DNA of 64,000 nt, from positions 2,910,956-2,974,955 of the forward strand of contig OY730443.1 of the NCBI GenBank assembly GCA_963422705.1, given 5' to 3'. The translations under genes were made by a program, and so were the position numbers. Source of the DNA: Candidatus Poribacteria bacterium. Lineage in GTDB: Bacteria; Poribacteria; WGA-4E; WGA-3G. Every line of letters begins with the position of its first letter. Position 1 is the first letter of the stretch. Under the pieces are notes generated by a model that was given only the letters and a program-made list of their open reading frames with translations, searched no databases and was not told where the DNA came from. This document shows, piece after piece, positions 38,812-49,396 of this stretch.

Positions 38812-39222
38812 CCGTTGTGTGATTCAATCCTGAGTCCTGCTGCGAACCCGTGGGTGATACTGGCGTCCCCGACGATGACAAGGCGCCCCATCTTAAGGGT
38901 ATACACCTCATGTTCATCAATGCTGATACAGATAATCCCGTCGGCGGTGCTGAAGTCGCTCATCGCTTGGAACCGCGGTATTGTTTTCAACGTTATCACT
39001 TTTCATGGGTGTTTTTTCCTCCAAATTAGGCATCTTTCCTCAAGGGTATTCCCATAAAATGTAAAATTAGACTGAATCTATCTGGCTTTTGTCATGTCTC
39101 GACAATACGTGCTTTTCTGCCGAGGATGCTGTGAGAGTCATGGCGTTAAAAAGTTGTTTTAAAATAGGAATACCGCTATAATGTTAGGCAATTATACCAC
39201 AATTGCCAAGTGGAAAGCAAAT

Positions 39223-39375
39223 ATGAGTCAAAAATCCATCGAATTACTTCAATTGCTGACACAGGCGGATGCGGATAGCGTCCCTGGACATGAGGCAGAA
39301 GTCCGGGAAATTTTTCGAGCAGATGTGCAAGAAGAGTCAAATGGCACACGTTTTACCGAAAATTTCGTTTTGTGA
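39223..39375 (+). pseudogene. N-terminal fragment of an M42-type aminopeptidase-like gene
   Basis: MSQKSIELLQLLTQADADSVPGHEAEVREIF resembles the N-terminus of M42 peptidases. Similarity is lost after about 33 aa and the frame stops at 39375. Confidence 0.4.
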
Positions 39376-39563
39376 ACATCAGATTAGCAGGCTGCTCATC
39401 GGCGATAACCCGATTTACGGTTATTTTAACGGAAATTAACATACATGCCTTACACTGATGGTAATTTACCAAAAGAACCGATTCTGTGTGAGAACGTCTC
39501 GAACTTATCCGCAAATTGCCGGATAGTAGTGTTCAAAAAGAATATAGGAAGGCTGAAATTTAA

Positions 39564-40727
39564 ATGAAAAATCTACCACCATTCCCTGTGACAGTCGTCG
39601 GAAGTTTACCGCGAGCACGGGCAGTTTCAAGCGCTTTGCGAAAGAGACAGAGAGGCCGGATGACAGATACCGAATTTAACGCCGTCGCAGATGAGGCGGT
39701 GCTTGAAAGCCTCACACTGCAGGAAAGCGCCGGTATCGATATCGTGAGTGACGGCGAGCAACGCCGTGACAATTTCTATTCCTTTATCACGGAGTGTATT
39801 GATGGCATCCGTTTGATGACGCTCGCGCAAATGCTTGACTATGTTGAAGATAAAGCCGCCTTTGAACAATTGCTCAATGCGTTGGATGTGCCAGCGTTCG
39901 CGCTAAAAAATCCTGTCGTTGATGGAAAATTGGTGCGCACGGCGCCACTCGTATTAAGGGACTACCGCTTTCTCAAACAGCATACCCCCAAACCGATTAA
40001 AGCCACCTTGCCTGGCCCGTATCTCCTAACCCGTTCCATGTGGGTGAAGCGACTTTCCCACGAATTTTATCCCGACAAAGAATCCCTCGGAGATGATGTC
40101 GTTGCAATTCTTCGGGAAGAATTGAGCGAATTGCGGGATGCGGGATGTCAATTTGTTCAATTTGACGAACCGGTGTTGACGGAAGTTGCGTTCACGGGGC
40201 CTCATGAAACCCATACCTTTATGTGTGCTGCCCTCTCCGAAAAGAGCAGTCCGGAGGAAGAACTCAATTTTGCAGTGGAGCTCCTCAATCGTGTGGTTGC
40301 AGGCATGACTGGTGATATGAAAACCGCCATCCACGTCTGCCGTGGGAACTGGAGTCAACAAGAGGATGTACTGCTTCGTGGCTCCTACCATCGACTGATT
40401 CCGTATTTTAGCAGGATGGATGTGACGCAGTTTGTGCTCGAATATGCGACAGAACGCGCCGGGAGTATCGAGGCATTGGCGGATTTACCAGCGGATAAAG
40501 AAATCGGACTCGGTGTCGTGGACCCGCGGACAACGGAGGTAGAGTCCGTGGATTTTGTGTTAGACAAAGCGCGCGCCCTGTTAAAGCACCGGAAACCGGA
40601 ACAGATTTATCTGAACCCAGACTGTGGCTTCGGTACATTCGCAGACAGGCCGGTCAATACGACAGAAATTGCAGCACGAAAGCTACAGGTTATCCGGGAT
40701 GCCGCTGAGATATTGCGGGCAGAATAG
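39564..40727 (+). CDS. cobalamin-independent methionine synthase-like (MetE C-terminal domain family) methyltransferase
   Basis: 387 aa with VGSLPR, DGEQRR, HVCRGN and NPDCGF blocks typical of the MetE catalytic domain. Confidence 0.8.
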   Translation: MKNLPPFPVTVVGSLPRARAVSSALRKRQRGRMTDTEFNAVADEAVLESLTLQESAGIDIVSDGEQRRDNFYSFITECIDGIRLMTLAQMLDYVEDKAAFEQLLNALDVPAFALKNPVVDGKLVRTAPLVLRDYRFLKQHTPKPIKATLPGPYLLTRSMWVKRLSHEFYPDKESLGDDVVAILREELSELRDAGCQFVQFDEPVLTEVAFTGPHETHTFMCAALSEKSSPEEELNFAVELLNRVVAGMTGDMKTAIHVCRGNWSQQEDVLLRGSYHRLIPYFSRMDVTQFVLEYATERAGSIEALADLPADKEIGLGVVDPRTTEVESVDFVLDKARALLKHRKPEQIYLNPDCGFGTFADRPVNTTEIAARKLQVIRDAAEILRAE

Positions 40728-40774
40728 CGTCCTTTGTATCGGAAGGCGATAAGGCAGGTTTGACGCGAACGTTT

Positions 40775-40811
40775 GTGGGCGGTGGTGGCGAGGAACCTCG
40801 CCACCACCCAC
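40775..40811. terminator. strong GC hairpin between convergent genes
   Basis: GGTGGTGGCGAGG-aa-CCTCGCCACCACC (13-bp arms) at 40781-40808, flanked by further pairing. It lies between the metE-like stop (40727) and the stop of the gene at 40830. Confidence 0.55.
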
Positions 40812-40829
40812 ATCAATAACGTTTTGGCT

Positions 40830-41711
40830 TTAGTGCGTCTCTGCACGCTCGAGCCATCCGGGCAGTCTTATCTTCTCAGATAATTTCCACGCCGTGAGGT
40901 AGAGCGAGGCAGTCCATCGGACTGACTCACGCGCCCGTTCATTGGCAAAATCAACGAGGGCCGCCGTCGGATTTTCAGAATCTTTCAACGGTGCTGCCAA
41001 TTCATAGACGTCATCAACTAAACTGTGTCCGGCTTCCATCTGTGCAATGATGGTGGGCATCAACTCGTCGACAGGGAGGATGTGTTGTTCCTTTGCCAAT
41101 TCCGCGGGCACCAATTTGAGCCGTTCAACAAGGGCGTCCACATTCTCATGAATCCCGGCATGGAGCTTCGTGCCATCCTCTTGAACAATCCCATTAAAAT
41201 GAATCGTGAGATGCAACGGTTGACACATATCTTGCGCGTAGTGCGATAGAAACCCTGCATAGACAAAACATTTGTTCCGAATCATGGGGTTATCTGGCCA
41301 TTTTCGATGCTCAGCGAAAGCGACAGCGAGTCGTTCTGTCCATTCTGTGAGGGCATAAGGGAGGGTGCCAATCGTACGGGGGGCGATGCCTAACTCGGCA
41401 CACAACTCAATATGAGCCTCACGTCCCTCTGGGACGGGGTGCCCTTTTAGCAATTCTATGTCAAAATAGTGTTCACCGTATTCAGCCTGTCGGGCGTGGG
41501 GCGTTCCCCGTTCCTTGGATATGTCCGCATCGTAAACACAGTGGCTAATCATTTTTTGGGCGACGTCAGAACGGAAAAATGTGGGCATCTCTTCGGGCAA
41601 TGCCTTTACTGATGCCTCTGTAAGGATGGCGTGCCCGCCACCCCACCAAGTCCACGCGGGGACAGTAAAAGTGAAAAGGAACAGCCAGATAATAGGACGA
41701 AAATATTTCAT
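40830..41711 (-). CDS. secreted S1/P1 nuclease-like (zinc phospholipase C/P1 nuclease superfamily) protein
   Basis: A signal peptide is followed by WWGGGHAI (mature N-terminal Trp/His). HYFDIE and HYAQDMCQPLH resemble the S1/P1 zinc-ligand motifs. Confidence 0.55.
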   Translation of the reverse strand: MKYFRPIIWLFLFTFTVPAWTWWGGGHAILTEASVKALPEEMPTFFRSDVAQKMISHCVYDADISKERGTPHARQAEYGEHYFDIELLKGHPVPEGREAHIELCAELGIAPRTIGTLPYALTEWTERLAVAFAEHRKWPDNPMIRNKCFVYAGFLSHYAQDMCQPLHLTIHFNGIVQEDGTKLHAGIHENVDALVERLKLVPAELAKEQHILPVDELMPTIIAQMEAGHSLVDDVYELAAPLKDSENPTAALVDFANERARESVRWTASLYLTAWKLSEKIRLPGWLERAETH

Positions 41712-41735
41712 ACTTCTCCTTTTTCTTATCAGTTG

Positions 41736-42686
41736 CTATAAACTAAGATAGGTTGCGGCGTTCGCTTCCTGCCACTGGAATTGGAGTTCAGTCGTTTCGT
41801 GTGGCTTAAATGGTGTGGCAACGGTGTCAACGGCGGGGCCAACAATGTCAATCTTGTCCAACTGGGCGTTGCCGTAGCGGAGCTGATTTGCATAATGGAA
41901 TAAGCCTATCTCCAACGGCTCGAATCCCATTGCTTTTGCTGCGACAGCGTCCGCGGCAAACACATCCCCGCTGGCGATTGCGATGCCAAGCGGTACAGAA
42001 TCCGTGCCACCGGGGCCGTTGCCTTGCAGTCCAACGGTGCCATCAACGATGGCGATGTCAGGGCTGAGTGGCCGGGAGAGACGCAGCAGGTTCATATTAA
42101 GTGTCTGTGCTTCACGCGGTAGCATGCGCTCGGCATGACTGTGATACCCATGCATTTTAATCCTGTCTTCTTTGTGCAAAGTCCCCATAATCATATTCTT
42201 CATGGCGAGGGTTACCACACCCACATCATGTGTTTTGGCAATCGCCACGGAAATTGTACAGGGACATTCTAACACAAGTTTGGGTATTCGGACGGTATCT
42301 TCCTGTCGTCCTGCAAGGTACACCTTCTCTTCTTCCCATCGGTTCTCCTGATGCAAATCGATGAGTCGAATCGGGAAATCGTATTCTGCCTGTAAAGCCT
42401 CATAGCCGAAAACCTTGAATGCTTCTCCGGAAAACTTCTCATTAGCACCTTCAGCAATTATCACTTCTGTTGGTGGTTCGGGTGTACTTAACAAAAAATC
42501 TAGCGCGCCACGTATCGCGTCGACATGCGAGGAGGCGAGTTGATTCGTGCTGGAGAGGAAATTCGGTTTCAATAGCACTTGTTCATAAATTTTCGGTATC
42601 AGTTCCTCTCGTATATTATCCAACGCCTTAAAAACGTTAGCGCGGCGTCTACCGGTTTTGGCAAGTCCAACCTTTGTCATTTTCAT
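41736..42686 (-). CDS. DUF362 domain protein
   Basis: 316 aa with VLLKPNFLS.. and later blocks resembling DUF362. Confidence 0.55.
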   Translation of the reverse strand: MKMTKVGLAKTGRRRANVFKALDNIREELIPKIYEQVLLKPNFLSSTNQLASSHVDAIRGALDFLLSTPEPPTEVIIAEGANEKFSGEAFKVFGYEALQAEYDFPIRLIDLHQENRWEEEKVYLAGRQEDTVRIPKLVLECPCTISVAIAKTHDVGVVTLAMKNMIMGTLHKEDRIKMHGYHSHAERMLPREAQTLNMNLLRLSRPLSPDIAIVDGTVGLQGNGPGGTDSVPLGIAIASGDVFAADAVAAKAMGFEPLEIGLFHYANQLRYGNAQLDKIDIVGPAVDTVATPFKPHETTELQFQWQEANAATYLSL

Positions 42687-42867
42687 AAAGTTACTCCTTT
42701 GTTATTTCGTCATTCGCGAACGGAAGCGCTGAGATTATGGCATACCAAACGTATTTTTTCAATCTGCGCGTCTCGCTAGGCAATTTTTGTAATTCTCGAA
42801 CGGGAATGGTGAGTCGCCTAGCCTAAAGGGAGACGTCTTACCAGAACCGCTTATCTCATTGCGCGAG

Positions 42868-43773
42868 CTACGCTGACGAGCTTGATGTCGGGATAGGTTC
42901 AAGAATCGCTCTCAAAAACCCGTTATGTTTTTCTAATAGCGTGTGGGCATCAATTGCATTCATCCCCCGGGCCAGCATGACAATTGCCAGCTTCGCGCTG
43001 CCATCAGCTTCTGCCAAAGCTACTTCGGCGCGTGGGGCATCAACGCCTGTGACAGTTTGAACAATGCGAATGCTCCGTGCGATGAGTTTGGCGTTAGAGG
43101 CATGCACATCCACCATGAGGTTGTTGTATACCTTCCCGATTTTCACCATTGAGATTGTCGTCATCATATTGAGAACCAGTTTTGTGGCAGTGCCGGCTTT
43201 CAATCGGGTTGAGCCTGTCAGGAGTTCAGGCCCGACGATGGGCGTGATGAAATGTTCCACGAATTCCTTCAGTTCTTCTGCCGGTGGTACACAAGCGAGA
43301 AATATGGTTGTCACCCCGATGGTGTGTGCTTCCTCCAAGGCACCTAATACATAACGCGTGCGTCCACTACTTGAAATCCCGAGTAATACGTCTTTTGGCG
43401 TGAGCTGCCGCGCGCGGATTTCTTGTCTACCGCGTTCTGCTTTATCTTCTTCCCCTTCTACTGCCCGTCGTAACGCGGTGTCGCCCCCGGCGATAATTCC
43501 CTGAACCATTTCCGGGGGCGTGCTGAAGGTTGGGGGGCATTCAGAGGCATCGAGTACGCCAAGCCGCCCGCTTGTCCCGGCGCCGACATAAAAGAGGCGT
43601 CCCCCGTGGAAAAAGGCGTTTGTGATAAGATTAACCGCATGTGCAATCGCCGCTGCTTCCGCTTCTACCGCCGCAACGGCGTTCCTGTCTTCGCGGTTAA
43701 AAATCTCGACGATTTCTAACGTTGATTTCACATCGATGTCAGTTGAATGTGGGTTTCGCTGTTCTGTAATCAT
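42868..43773 (-). CDS. murQ: N-acetylmuramic acid 6-phosphate etherase
   Basis: TEQRNP..T..ID and SIS-domain blocks (GAGTSGRLG, SSSGRT). I start at the internal Met at 43773. Confidence 0.9.
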   Translation of the reverse strand: MITEQRNPHSTDIDVKSTLEIVEIFNREDRNAVAAVEAEAAAIAHAVNLITNAFFHGGRLFYVGAGTSGRLGVLDASECPPTFSTPPEMVQGIIAGGDTALRRAVEGEEDKAERGRQEIRARQLTPKDVLLGISSSGRTRYVLGALEEAHTIGVTTIFLACVPPAEELKEFVEHFITPIVGPELLTGSTRLKAGTATKLVLNMMTTISMVKIGKVYNNLMVDVHASNAKLIARSIRIVQTVTGVDAPRAEVALAEADGSAKLAIVMLARGMNAIDAHTLLEKHNGFLRAILEPIPTSSSSA

Positions 43774-43882
43774 TTTTTTTCGATTAAACGATAAGGCGAA
43801 TTTCGTGTGAAATCGCATGTCCCCAGCTCATCAAAGATGTCTGGCCCGTCCATTTTTTCACGAAAGTGATGTCCGTTGCTCG

Positions 43883-44851
43883 TCATTGCAGGCTGCATGC
43901 CCGTACATTTTTATCTATTGCCAATAAGACGGCCCCGACTGCGGGCTCGTGCTTTGGCAAAACACCCGCCGCAGTGGGGGCAATCGTCTTAAGCTTCGTG
44001 TGAAGTTCCTCAAAAAAGAGGGGTTGGTTCACCAGATTTCCGCCACTGAGAACAATCTGAAAATATCCAGTGAATCCTAATCGCTTTATCACCACGGCTG
44101 CGGCGCAAGCGAGTTCATCGACGGCGGCAGTAACAATTTGTTTCGCGGCCCCGTCGCCTGTTTCAGCAGCGAGAAAGACTTCTTTAGCGAGTTCCGCGAG
44201 CGCGTTACGTTCCGCTGCATGCACCCATCGGATTAACGCGTTCGGTTCATTTAATCCCAGGGTGTCGAGAATCCGGCAGGTCAATTCCGTTGGTGTCCCT
44301 CTACCATCCGCTGCACGTGCGACGGCTTTGAGGCCCCGTAAAGCGATGTCATAACCACTGCCTTCATCACCAAGGAGCGGGCCCCATCCACCGGTACGCG
44401 CCTCTTGTCCATGAACGTTTATGCCGTAGACGATGGAACCTGTCCCTGATATGACAATTATCCCTTCCTGTTTCCCGACGCCACTCATCAAAGCAATGTG
44501 GGCATCGTGCGTCAGAATGCGATTTTTCCCGATACTTAGTTCATCACAAATTCTGCCGATGATTTTCCTGTCAGTAGCCCGCCCTAACCCCGCCATTCCC
44601 AAACAGACTTTTGTATGCGCAAGCGACAGTGCTGCACAAGAACCCCTATCTGCCGGTTTACCTGAATTAGAGATACCGGCTTGTTCAAAAAGCCCGACAA
44701 TCAGGGTTTTCAAAACCGTCTTCGTAACTGCTTCGCCGACGACATGGTAATTTGAGGGGCCCACTTCGAGTTGAGCGATGCGTTTGCCGGTTTCTGTGGT
44801 TAGGATGCCAACGGTTTTCGTCCCGCCCCCGTCCACCCCGATGATGTACAT
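43883..44851 (-). CDS. BadF/BadG/BcrA/BcrD-type ATPase (N-acetylglucosamine/MurNAc kinase-like)
   Basis: GVDGGGTKT phosphate-1 motif and GTGS, adjacent to murQ. Confidence 0.8.
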   Translation of the reverse strand: MYIIGVDGGGTKTVGILTTETGKRIAQLEVGPSNYHVVGEAVTKTVLKTLIVGLFEQAGISNSGKPADRGSCAALSLAHTKVCLGMAGLGRATDRKIIGRICDELSIGKNRILTHDAHIALMSGVGKQEGIIVISGTGSIVYGINVHGQEARTGGWGPLLGDEGSGYDIALRGLKAVARAADGRGTPTELTCRILDTLGLNEPNALIRWVHAAERNALAELAKEVFLAAETGDGAAKQIVTAAVDELACAAAVVIKRLGFTGYFQIVLSGGNLVNQPLFFEELHTKLKTIAPTAAGVLPKHEPAVGAVLLAIDKNVRACSLQ

Positions 44852-44871
44852 GAGTTATGCTTGACTGCTCC

Positions 44872-44900
44872 TTGACAATTTGCTAACATTTTCTTATTAT
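44872..44900 (+). promoter_or_regulatory. sigma70-like promoter TTGACA-17-TATTAT
   Basis: TTGACA at 44872-44877, a 17-nt spacer, TATTAT at 44895-44900. It is upstream of the BNR-repeat gene. Confidence 0.45.
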
Positions 44901-44951
44901 ATAAATTATCACAGCTTAAAAAATAAATACAATTAATTTCAACGTTCCGCC

Positions 44952-45953
44952 GTGGAGGTAAAGAAGATGAAAAAAGAGAAGAGACAGTTACGCTCAAACG
45001 CCCGTGCAGGAAATATCATGGAATTGTTCATACCGTTCCTGTTCGTTTTATGTGGAAGTTTCCTCTTCCTCGGCTGTTCACAAGATGCGCCGCAAGTACG
45101 GTGGAAACAGGTTGTCAGTGGGACAGATGCACATCTCTACGGGGTGCATTTCGTTGATGCGAAACGGGGATGGGCAGTGGGTACCGAAGGAATTGTGCTG
45201 AGCACTACCAACGGCGGGGTGACATGGAAATCCCAGACGCTTCCCCCTCAGTTTGCGAAAAATGCGCTAACCCAGATTAATTTCACAACGCCGAAAAATG
45301 GATGGATTCTCAGCATCGGAACGGTGCTTTATACCGGCAGCGGCGGAAAATCCTGGCTTCCACAAAATCCAAATATTAAACACGGGCTCTTGGGGCTGCA
45401 TTTCGTTAGCAGAACGGAAGGCTGGGCAGTCGGGGGTAGAGGCACTATTCTACATACGCAGAACGGGGGAACTCGATGGAAAAAACAGAAAAATCATTCA
45501 GAGAGACATTTGTGGGGCGTCCATTTTGTCGATAACCTGAACGGATGGATTGTCGGTGAGAAGGGTGAAGTACTTCATACACGAGATGGGGGAAAAGACT
45601 GGGCCAGACAGCAAAGCAACGTTGAGCAACCACTATTCGCTGTCCATTTTGCGGGGCTTAGGAAGGGGTGGATTGTCGGAGGAAACGGGCTGATTCTACA
45701 GACAGAAAATGGCGGCAGGACATGGCAGCGGCAGCAGAATCCGGAGAAGAATAACTTGCGAGATGTCGCATTTCACGATGAAAACGAGGGGTGGGCAGTC
45801 GGGGAAGACGGACTTATTCTCCATACAATCGATGGCGGAAATACCTGGAACCGTTATGCGACGCCAGCACAATCTAATTTGCAGGATATCTACCTCTTGA
45901 AAAATTCGGGATGGATTGTGGGCGCGAAAGGTACAATTCTACGCAGCGATTAG
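44952..45953 (+). CDS. BNR/Asp-box beta-propeller protein (Ycf48-like)
   Basis: Six repeats of x-x-G-G-x-x-W (TNGGVTW, SGGKSW, QNGGTRW, RDGGKDW, ENGGRTW, IDGGNTW). Lipobox-like FLGCS; the exact start is uncertain. Confidence 0.75.
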   Translation: MEVKKMKKEKRQLRSNARAGNIMELFIPFLFVLCGSFLFLGCSQDAPQVRWKQVVSGTDAHLYGVHFVDAKRGWAVGTEGIVLSTTNGGVTWKSQTLPPQFAKNALTQINFTTPKNGWILSIGTVLYTGSGGKSWLPQNPNIKHGLLGLHFVSRTEGWAVGGRGTILHTQNGGTRWKKQKNHSERHLWGVHFVDNLNGWIVGEKGEVLHTRDGGKDWARQQSNVEQPLFAVHFAGLRKGWIVGGNGLILQTENGGRTWQRQQNPEKNNLRDVAFHDENEGWAVGEDGLILHTIDGGNTWNRYATPAQSNLQDIYLLKNSGWIVGAKGTILRSD

Positions 45954-46155
45954 AGACTTGTTGTTAGCATGGATTCTAAAAATAAGCAGAATCGGTAACC
46001 CTAGAAGGGATATGAATGCCTCAATTGAAGAAGGAGTTGGAACATGAGCGAAAAAGTCTGGATACCCCTAATTGTCTTGCTCGTGGTGATAGAATATGTT
46101 CCGTTTTGAGAGAGGAGATTGACGCAAGAGATAACAAGAAAAGAACATCTATAGG

Positions 46156-47784
46156 TTACACCCCGATTGCATACCCATCGCGTCGCGAATCGGCGCCCCC
46201 CATGAAGCTGCCTTCGTCCGGTTCAAAAGCGATGCCCTGCCCACCACCGACAATCGCCGTCCAAGGCGGTAGCACTTCAACCTCGTGCCCGCGTGCTTCG
46301 AGGGCAGTACGTACCGGAGCGGGAATACGCCCCTCTACCGCGACATGCGTGCCCGGATTTATCAGCCGAACGCGCGGCGCCTCAATCGCGCCCTGAATAT
46401 TCATGCCGTGTTCAATCAGATTCAGGAGCATCTGCACTGTCGTCTGAAGAATACCGTGGCTGCCCGGGGTACCGATTGCAGCAAACGGCATCCCGGCTTT
46501 CCACACTTGGCACGGGGACATACACATCTCAATGCGTTTATGCGGGCCAACAGCGTTTGGGCTCATCGGTTCTGTGTCGAACCAGTTCATAAAATTATTG
46601 AGAAACATTCCGGTTGAACCGAGAATTTCGCCGGAACCGAAAGGTTGTCCGAGGCTCTGTGTGACTGCGACGATATTGCCTTCTGCATCTGCTGTGTCAA
46701 AATGCGTTGTGCATTCCGTCATCCAACGCCTTTCTGTGTAAGGTAGGACTTCACCGGGGCGTTTCTGCCTCGTCCAACGTTCGCCCCGATTCACTGCTGC
46801 CCGTTCGCAGATGCGCTCACGTTGTGCATTCGCATAGTCTTTTGAAAGCAATCGCGCGATGGGTGGATTCGGACGCGCCGCGTACTCGGCTCTATCGGCA
46901 CTTGCCAGTTTAATCGCCTCTAGCAGCAGGTGTAAGTATTCCGCGCTGTTATGCCCTAACATCCCGAGTTCATCATTCTCCAAGATATTCAACGTCTCTA
47001 AATACTGAAATCCTGAACACGGTGGCGGTGGACAGTAAACCTCATAATCCTTGTAGTTAATAGAGAGCGGCGCTTGCCATTCTACCTCAAAATCGGCTAA
47101 ATCCCTTTCGGTAATCAACCCGCCGGTTTTTTCACAGAAGCGAGCAATGTCTTTTGCAATTTCACCGTGGTAGAAAGCTTCCGTGCCACCTTCAACAACC
47201 CGGTGAAACGTTCGTGCTAAATCTTTCTGGACTAAGACTTCCCCGGGAAGCGGTGTTCTCCCTCGCGAGGCGATGATTTGAGTTCCTCGTGTAGAGAGAT
47301 ACGGGAACGCGTCTGCCATGAATCCGGCATTCTTAACTGTAACAGCGTATCCATTTTCTGCCACTTCAATCGCTGGTGCAAAGATATCGGCGCGCGGCAT
47401 GCTTCCGTAACGTTCCAGTAGTGCTAACCAACCGCCACATCCACCTGGTACCATTCCGGAGCGGATACCTTCCTGTTGGTTCGCAATGGTAACAAAAGCC
47501 TCCGGTGTTGCTGCATAAGGGGCAGTGCCTAAATAGTCGAGGACGCGTAATGCCTTCTCCTTCGCGCTATAGAGCAACATATATCCATTGCCGGCGATGC
47601 CTGACATATAGGGTTCAACCACGTTGAGGGTAGATGCAATAGCGACTGCCGCGTCAAACGCGTTTCCGCCGTTGAGCAGCATGCGCGCGCCGGCAAGACT
47701 TGCCTGCGGATGCGCACTTGTTACCATGCCACGCGTCCCAGTTACCGTTGAACGGTGCGTTGTTCCGTGTGATGGAAATGCCAT
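46156..47784 (-). CDS. ggt: gamma-glutamyltransferase
   Basis: 542 aa with the autoprocessing/catalytic Thr context ..ECTTHF.. and GGG..I.. blocks. Confidence 0.9.
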   Translation of the reverse strand: MAFPSHGTTHRSTVTGTRGMVTSAHPQASLAGARMLLNGGNAFDAAVAIASTLNVVEPYMSGIAGNGYMLLYSAKEKALRVLDYLGTAPYAATPEAFVTIANQQEGIRSGMVPGGCGGWLALLERYGSMPRADIFAPAIEVAENGYAVTVKNAGFMADAFPYLSTRGTQIIASRGRTPLPGEVLVQKDLARTFHRVVEGGTEAFYHGEIAKDIARFCEKTGGLITERDLADFEVEWQAPLSINYKDYEVYCPPPPCSGFQYLETLNILENDELGMLGHNSAEYLHLLLEAIKLASADRAEYAARPNPPIARLLSKDYANAQRERICERAAVNRGERWTRQKRPGEVLPYTERRWMTECTTHFDTADAEGNIVAVTQSLGQPFGSGEILGSTGMFLNNFMNWFDTEPMSPNAVGPHKRIEMCMSPCQVWKAGMPFAAIGTPGSHGILQTTVQMLLNLIEHGMNIQGAIEAPRVRLINPGTHVAVEGRIPAPVRTALEARGHEVEVLPPWTAIVGGGQGIAFEPDEGSFMGGADSRRDGYAIGV

Positions 47785-47874
47785 CTTTTTGGTGCCCTCT
47801 TTTTCGTATGAAGCTTAATATTTTAATTCGGTGGCGAAACGATGCTTGTACCAATCTTGAACAGGAGCGAGAAC

Positions 47875-48165
47875 CTATTTCCTCATAAAATACCGCCGAA
47901 ACCGGTACCATCGCAATTGCCACAGGAACTTTCGTCTATCAATGCGATGAACAAAAAAACGTTTTCCATTCATTTCAAGCACCGGAATCAAGTGCTTATA
48001 TCTCGTAAACATGCCTAAATCTTTTGTGATATCAATCTCTATGAATTCAAAAAGGTACCTTGATTTCGCCGCGATGCTTTGTAGTTCCGCTTTTGCTTCA
48101 TCGCAAAGCGGACAATCCGGTTTTGTATAAAATTGAAACTGGATTTTTTCGTATTTCACACGCAC
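47875..48165 (-). CDS. glutaredoxin-like protein (DUF836/Grx2 family)
   Basis: 96 aa with a CPLC redox motif in YTKPDCPLCDEAK. Confidence 0.7.
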   Translation of the reverse strand: MRVKYEKIQFQFYTKPDCPLCDEAKAELQSIAAKSRYLFEFIEIDITKDLGMFTRYKHLIPVLEMNGKRFFVHRIDRRKFLWQLRWYRFRRYFMRK

Positions 48166-48209
48166 TTATCAGAAAAAAAATAAAGGGATTTTATCGGGCG
48201 CAACCAACT

Positions 48210-49148
48210 TTAAGTGCGCCGAGTACGTCGCTGCCGAAAGAACCGGACGAGGGGTTTTACGTAAGTTTCGTCCGTACGTATGTCGATAACATCAATCTGA
48301 TTTGTGTGAAAGAGCTTCCTGCGTTTAGCATCCGCGCGCTGATTGATTTCGGCATACAATTGTCGCGCACGTGTTGAGCGGGTGTCTACAACCACGTGTT
48401 CCCCAGTTTCCGAATCTACGAGTTCAATCAAGCCGACATTCGGCAATTCGGCTTCAGCCCTATCACGTAGTGTTATCGCAATGAGCGAATGCCGCTGGCT
48501 GATAAGGCATAATTCTTTTTCATACCCGGTGTCTTTAAAATCTGAAATGAGAAACACAACGCTGTGCGGCTTAAGAAGCCGAGCGGTAAATGCTAACGCC
48601 GCCGCAATGTTTGTTCCGCGATGCTGCGGCCCTAGCTGAGTCTCCTTATGTTTCCGGTGCACTGCTTTTTCCGGATTACCCCAATAGAGGATATCTCGAA
48701 CAACGCGGAGAACGTGCCTTTTTCCTTTTTGGGGTGCTACAAAATGTTCAACCTCGTCCGTAAAGCAGATTAACCCTACCTTGTCGTTATTTTTTATGGC
48801 AGAAAAAGCGAGCACGGAGGCAACCTCTGCGGCCACTTCCGCTTTCGTCTGGGGGATACTGCCGAATCCCGTTGAAGCACTCATATCAACAACTAACATC
48901 ATCACTAATTCACGTTCGTCTACATACTTTTTGATATAGGCTTGCCCCATGCGCGCCGTTACATTCCAATCTATCATCCGAATCTCATCACCCGCCTGAT
49001 ATTCGCGAACTTCGTCAAACGTAATCCCCTGCCCCTTAAAGACGCTTTGGTACTCACCCGCAAACATAGTGTTTACCAGTCGATTGGTGAAGATGTCAAT
49101 ACGCTGAATTTCTTTCTCCTTGCTAATCTCTGATTTAACCTCGCTCAT
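48210..49148 (-). CDS. DUF58 domain protein (vWA-like, MoxR-associated family)
   Basis: G.Y.S.FKGQG..F.EVREYQ.GD..R.IDW block. I start at the internal Met at 49148. Confidence 0.8.
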   Translation of the reverse strand: MSEVKSEISKEKEIQRIDIFTNRLVNTMFAGEYQSVFKGQGITFDEVREYQAGDEIRMIDWNVTARMGQAYIKKYVDERELVMMLVVDMSASTGFGSIPQTKAEVAAEVASVLAFSAIKNNDKVGLICFTDEVEHFVAPQKGKRHVLRVVRDILYWGNPEKAVHRKHKETQLGPQHRGTNIAAALAFTARLLKPHSVVFLISDFKDTGYEKELCLISQRHSLIAITLRDRAEAELPNVGLIELVDSETGEHVVVDTRSTRARQLYAEINQRADAKRRKLFHTNQIDVIDIRTDETYVKPLVRFFRQRRTRRT

Positions 49149-49396
49149 GGGCAGTATTTCCTTTTGAAGTTCGGGCCGGGGTAAGATTAGCACTATGCCT
49201 TGTCTGACATTTTCAGTGCCCGTTTCTTAGCGTGATGTCTAACGTCTCTTCTGAAGGTTGTCGGAGCGAGCTACAGTTCACGACATCCTTGGCGAACCTG
49301 AGCAGATATTGAAAATGGAGTGACACTGGCAAATTAGAAATTGCTTGATTAATAACCGATACGACTTTATACTACCAAAAAGAAAGAAAGAAATCA

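Noticed and set aside
38742-38999. An 86-aa N-terminal extension of the LRR ORF.
   Set aside because: The signal peptide begins at the internal Met (38741), and the duplicated module in front of DUF3179 begins its coding part at the same Met.
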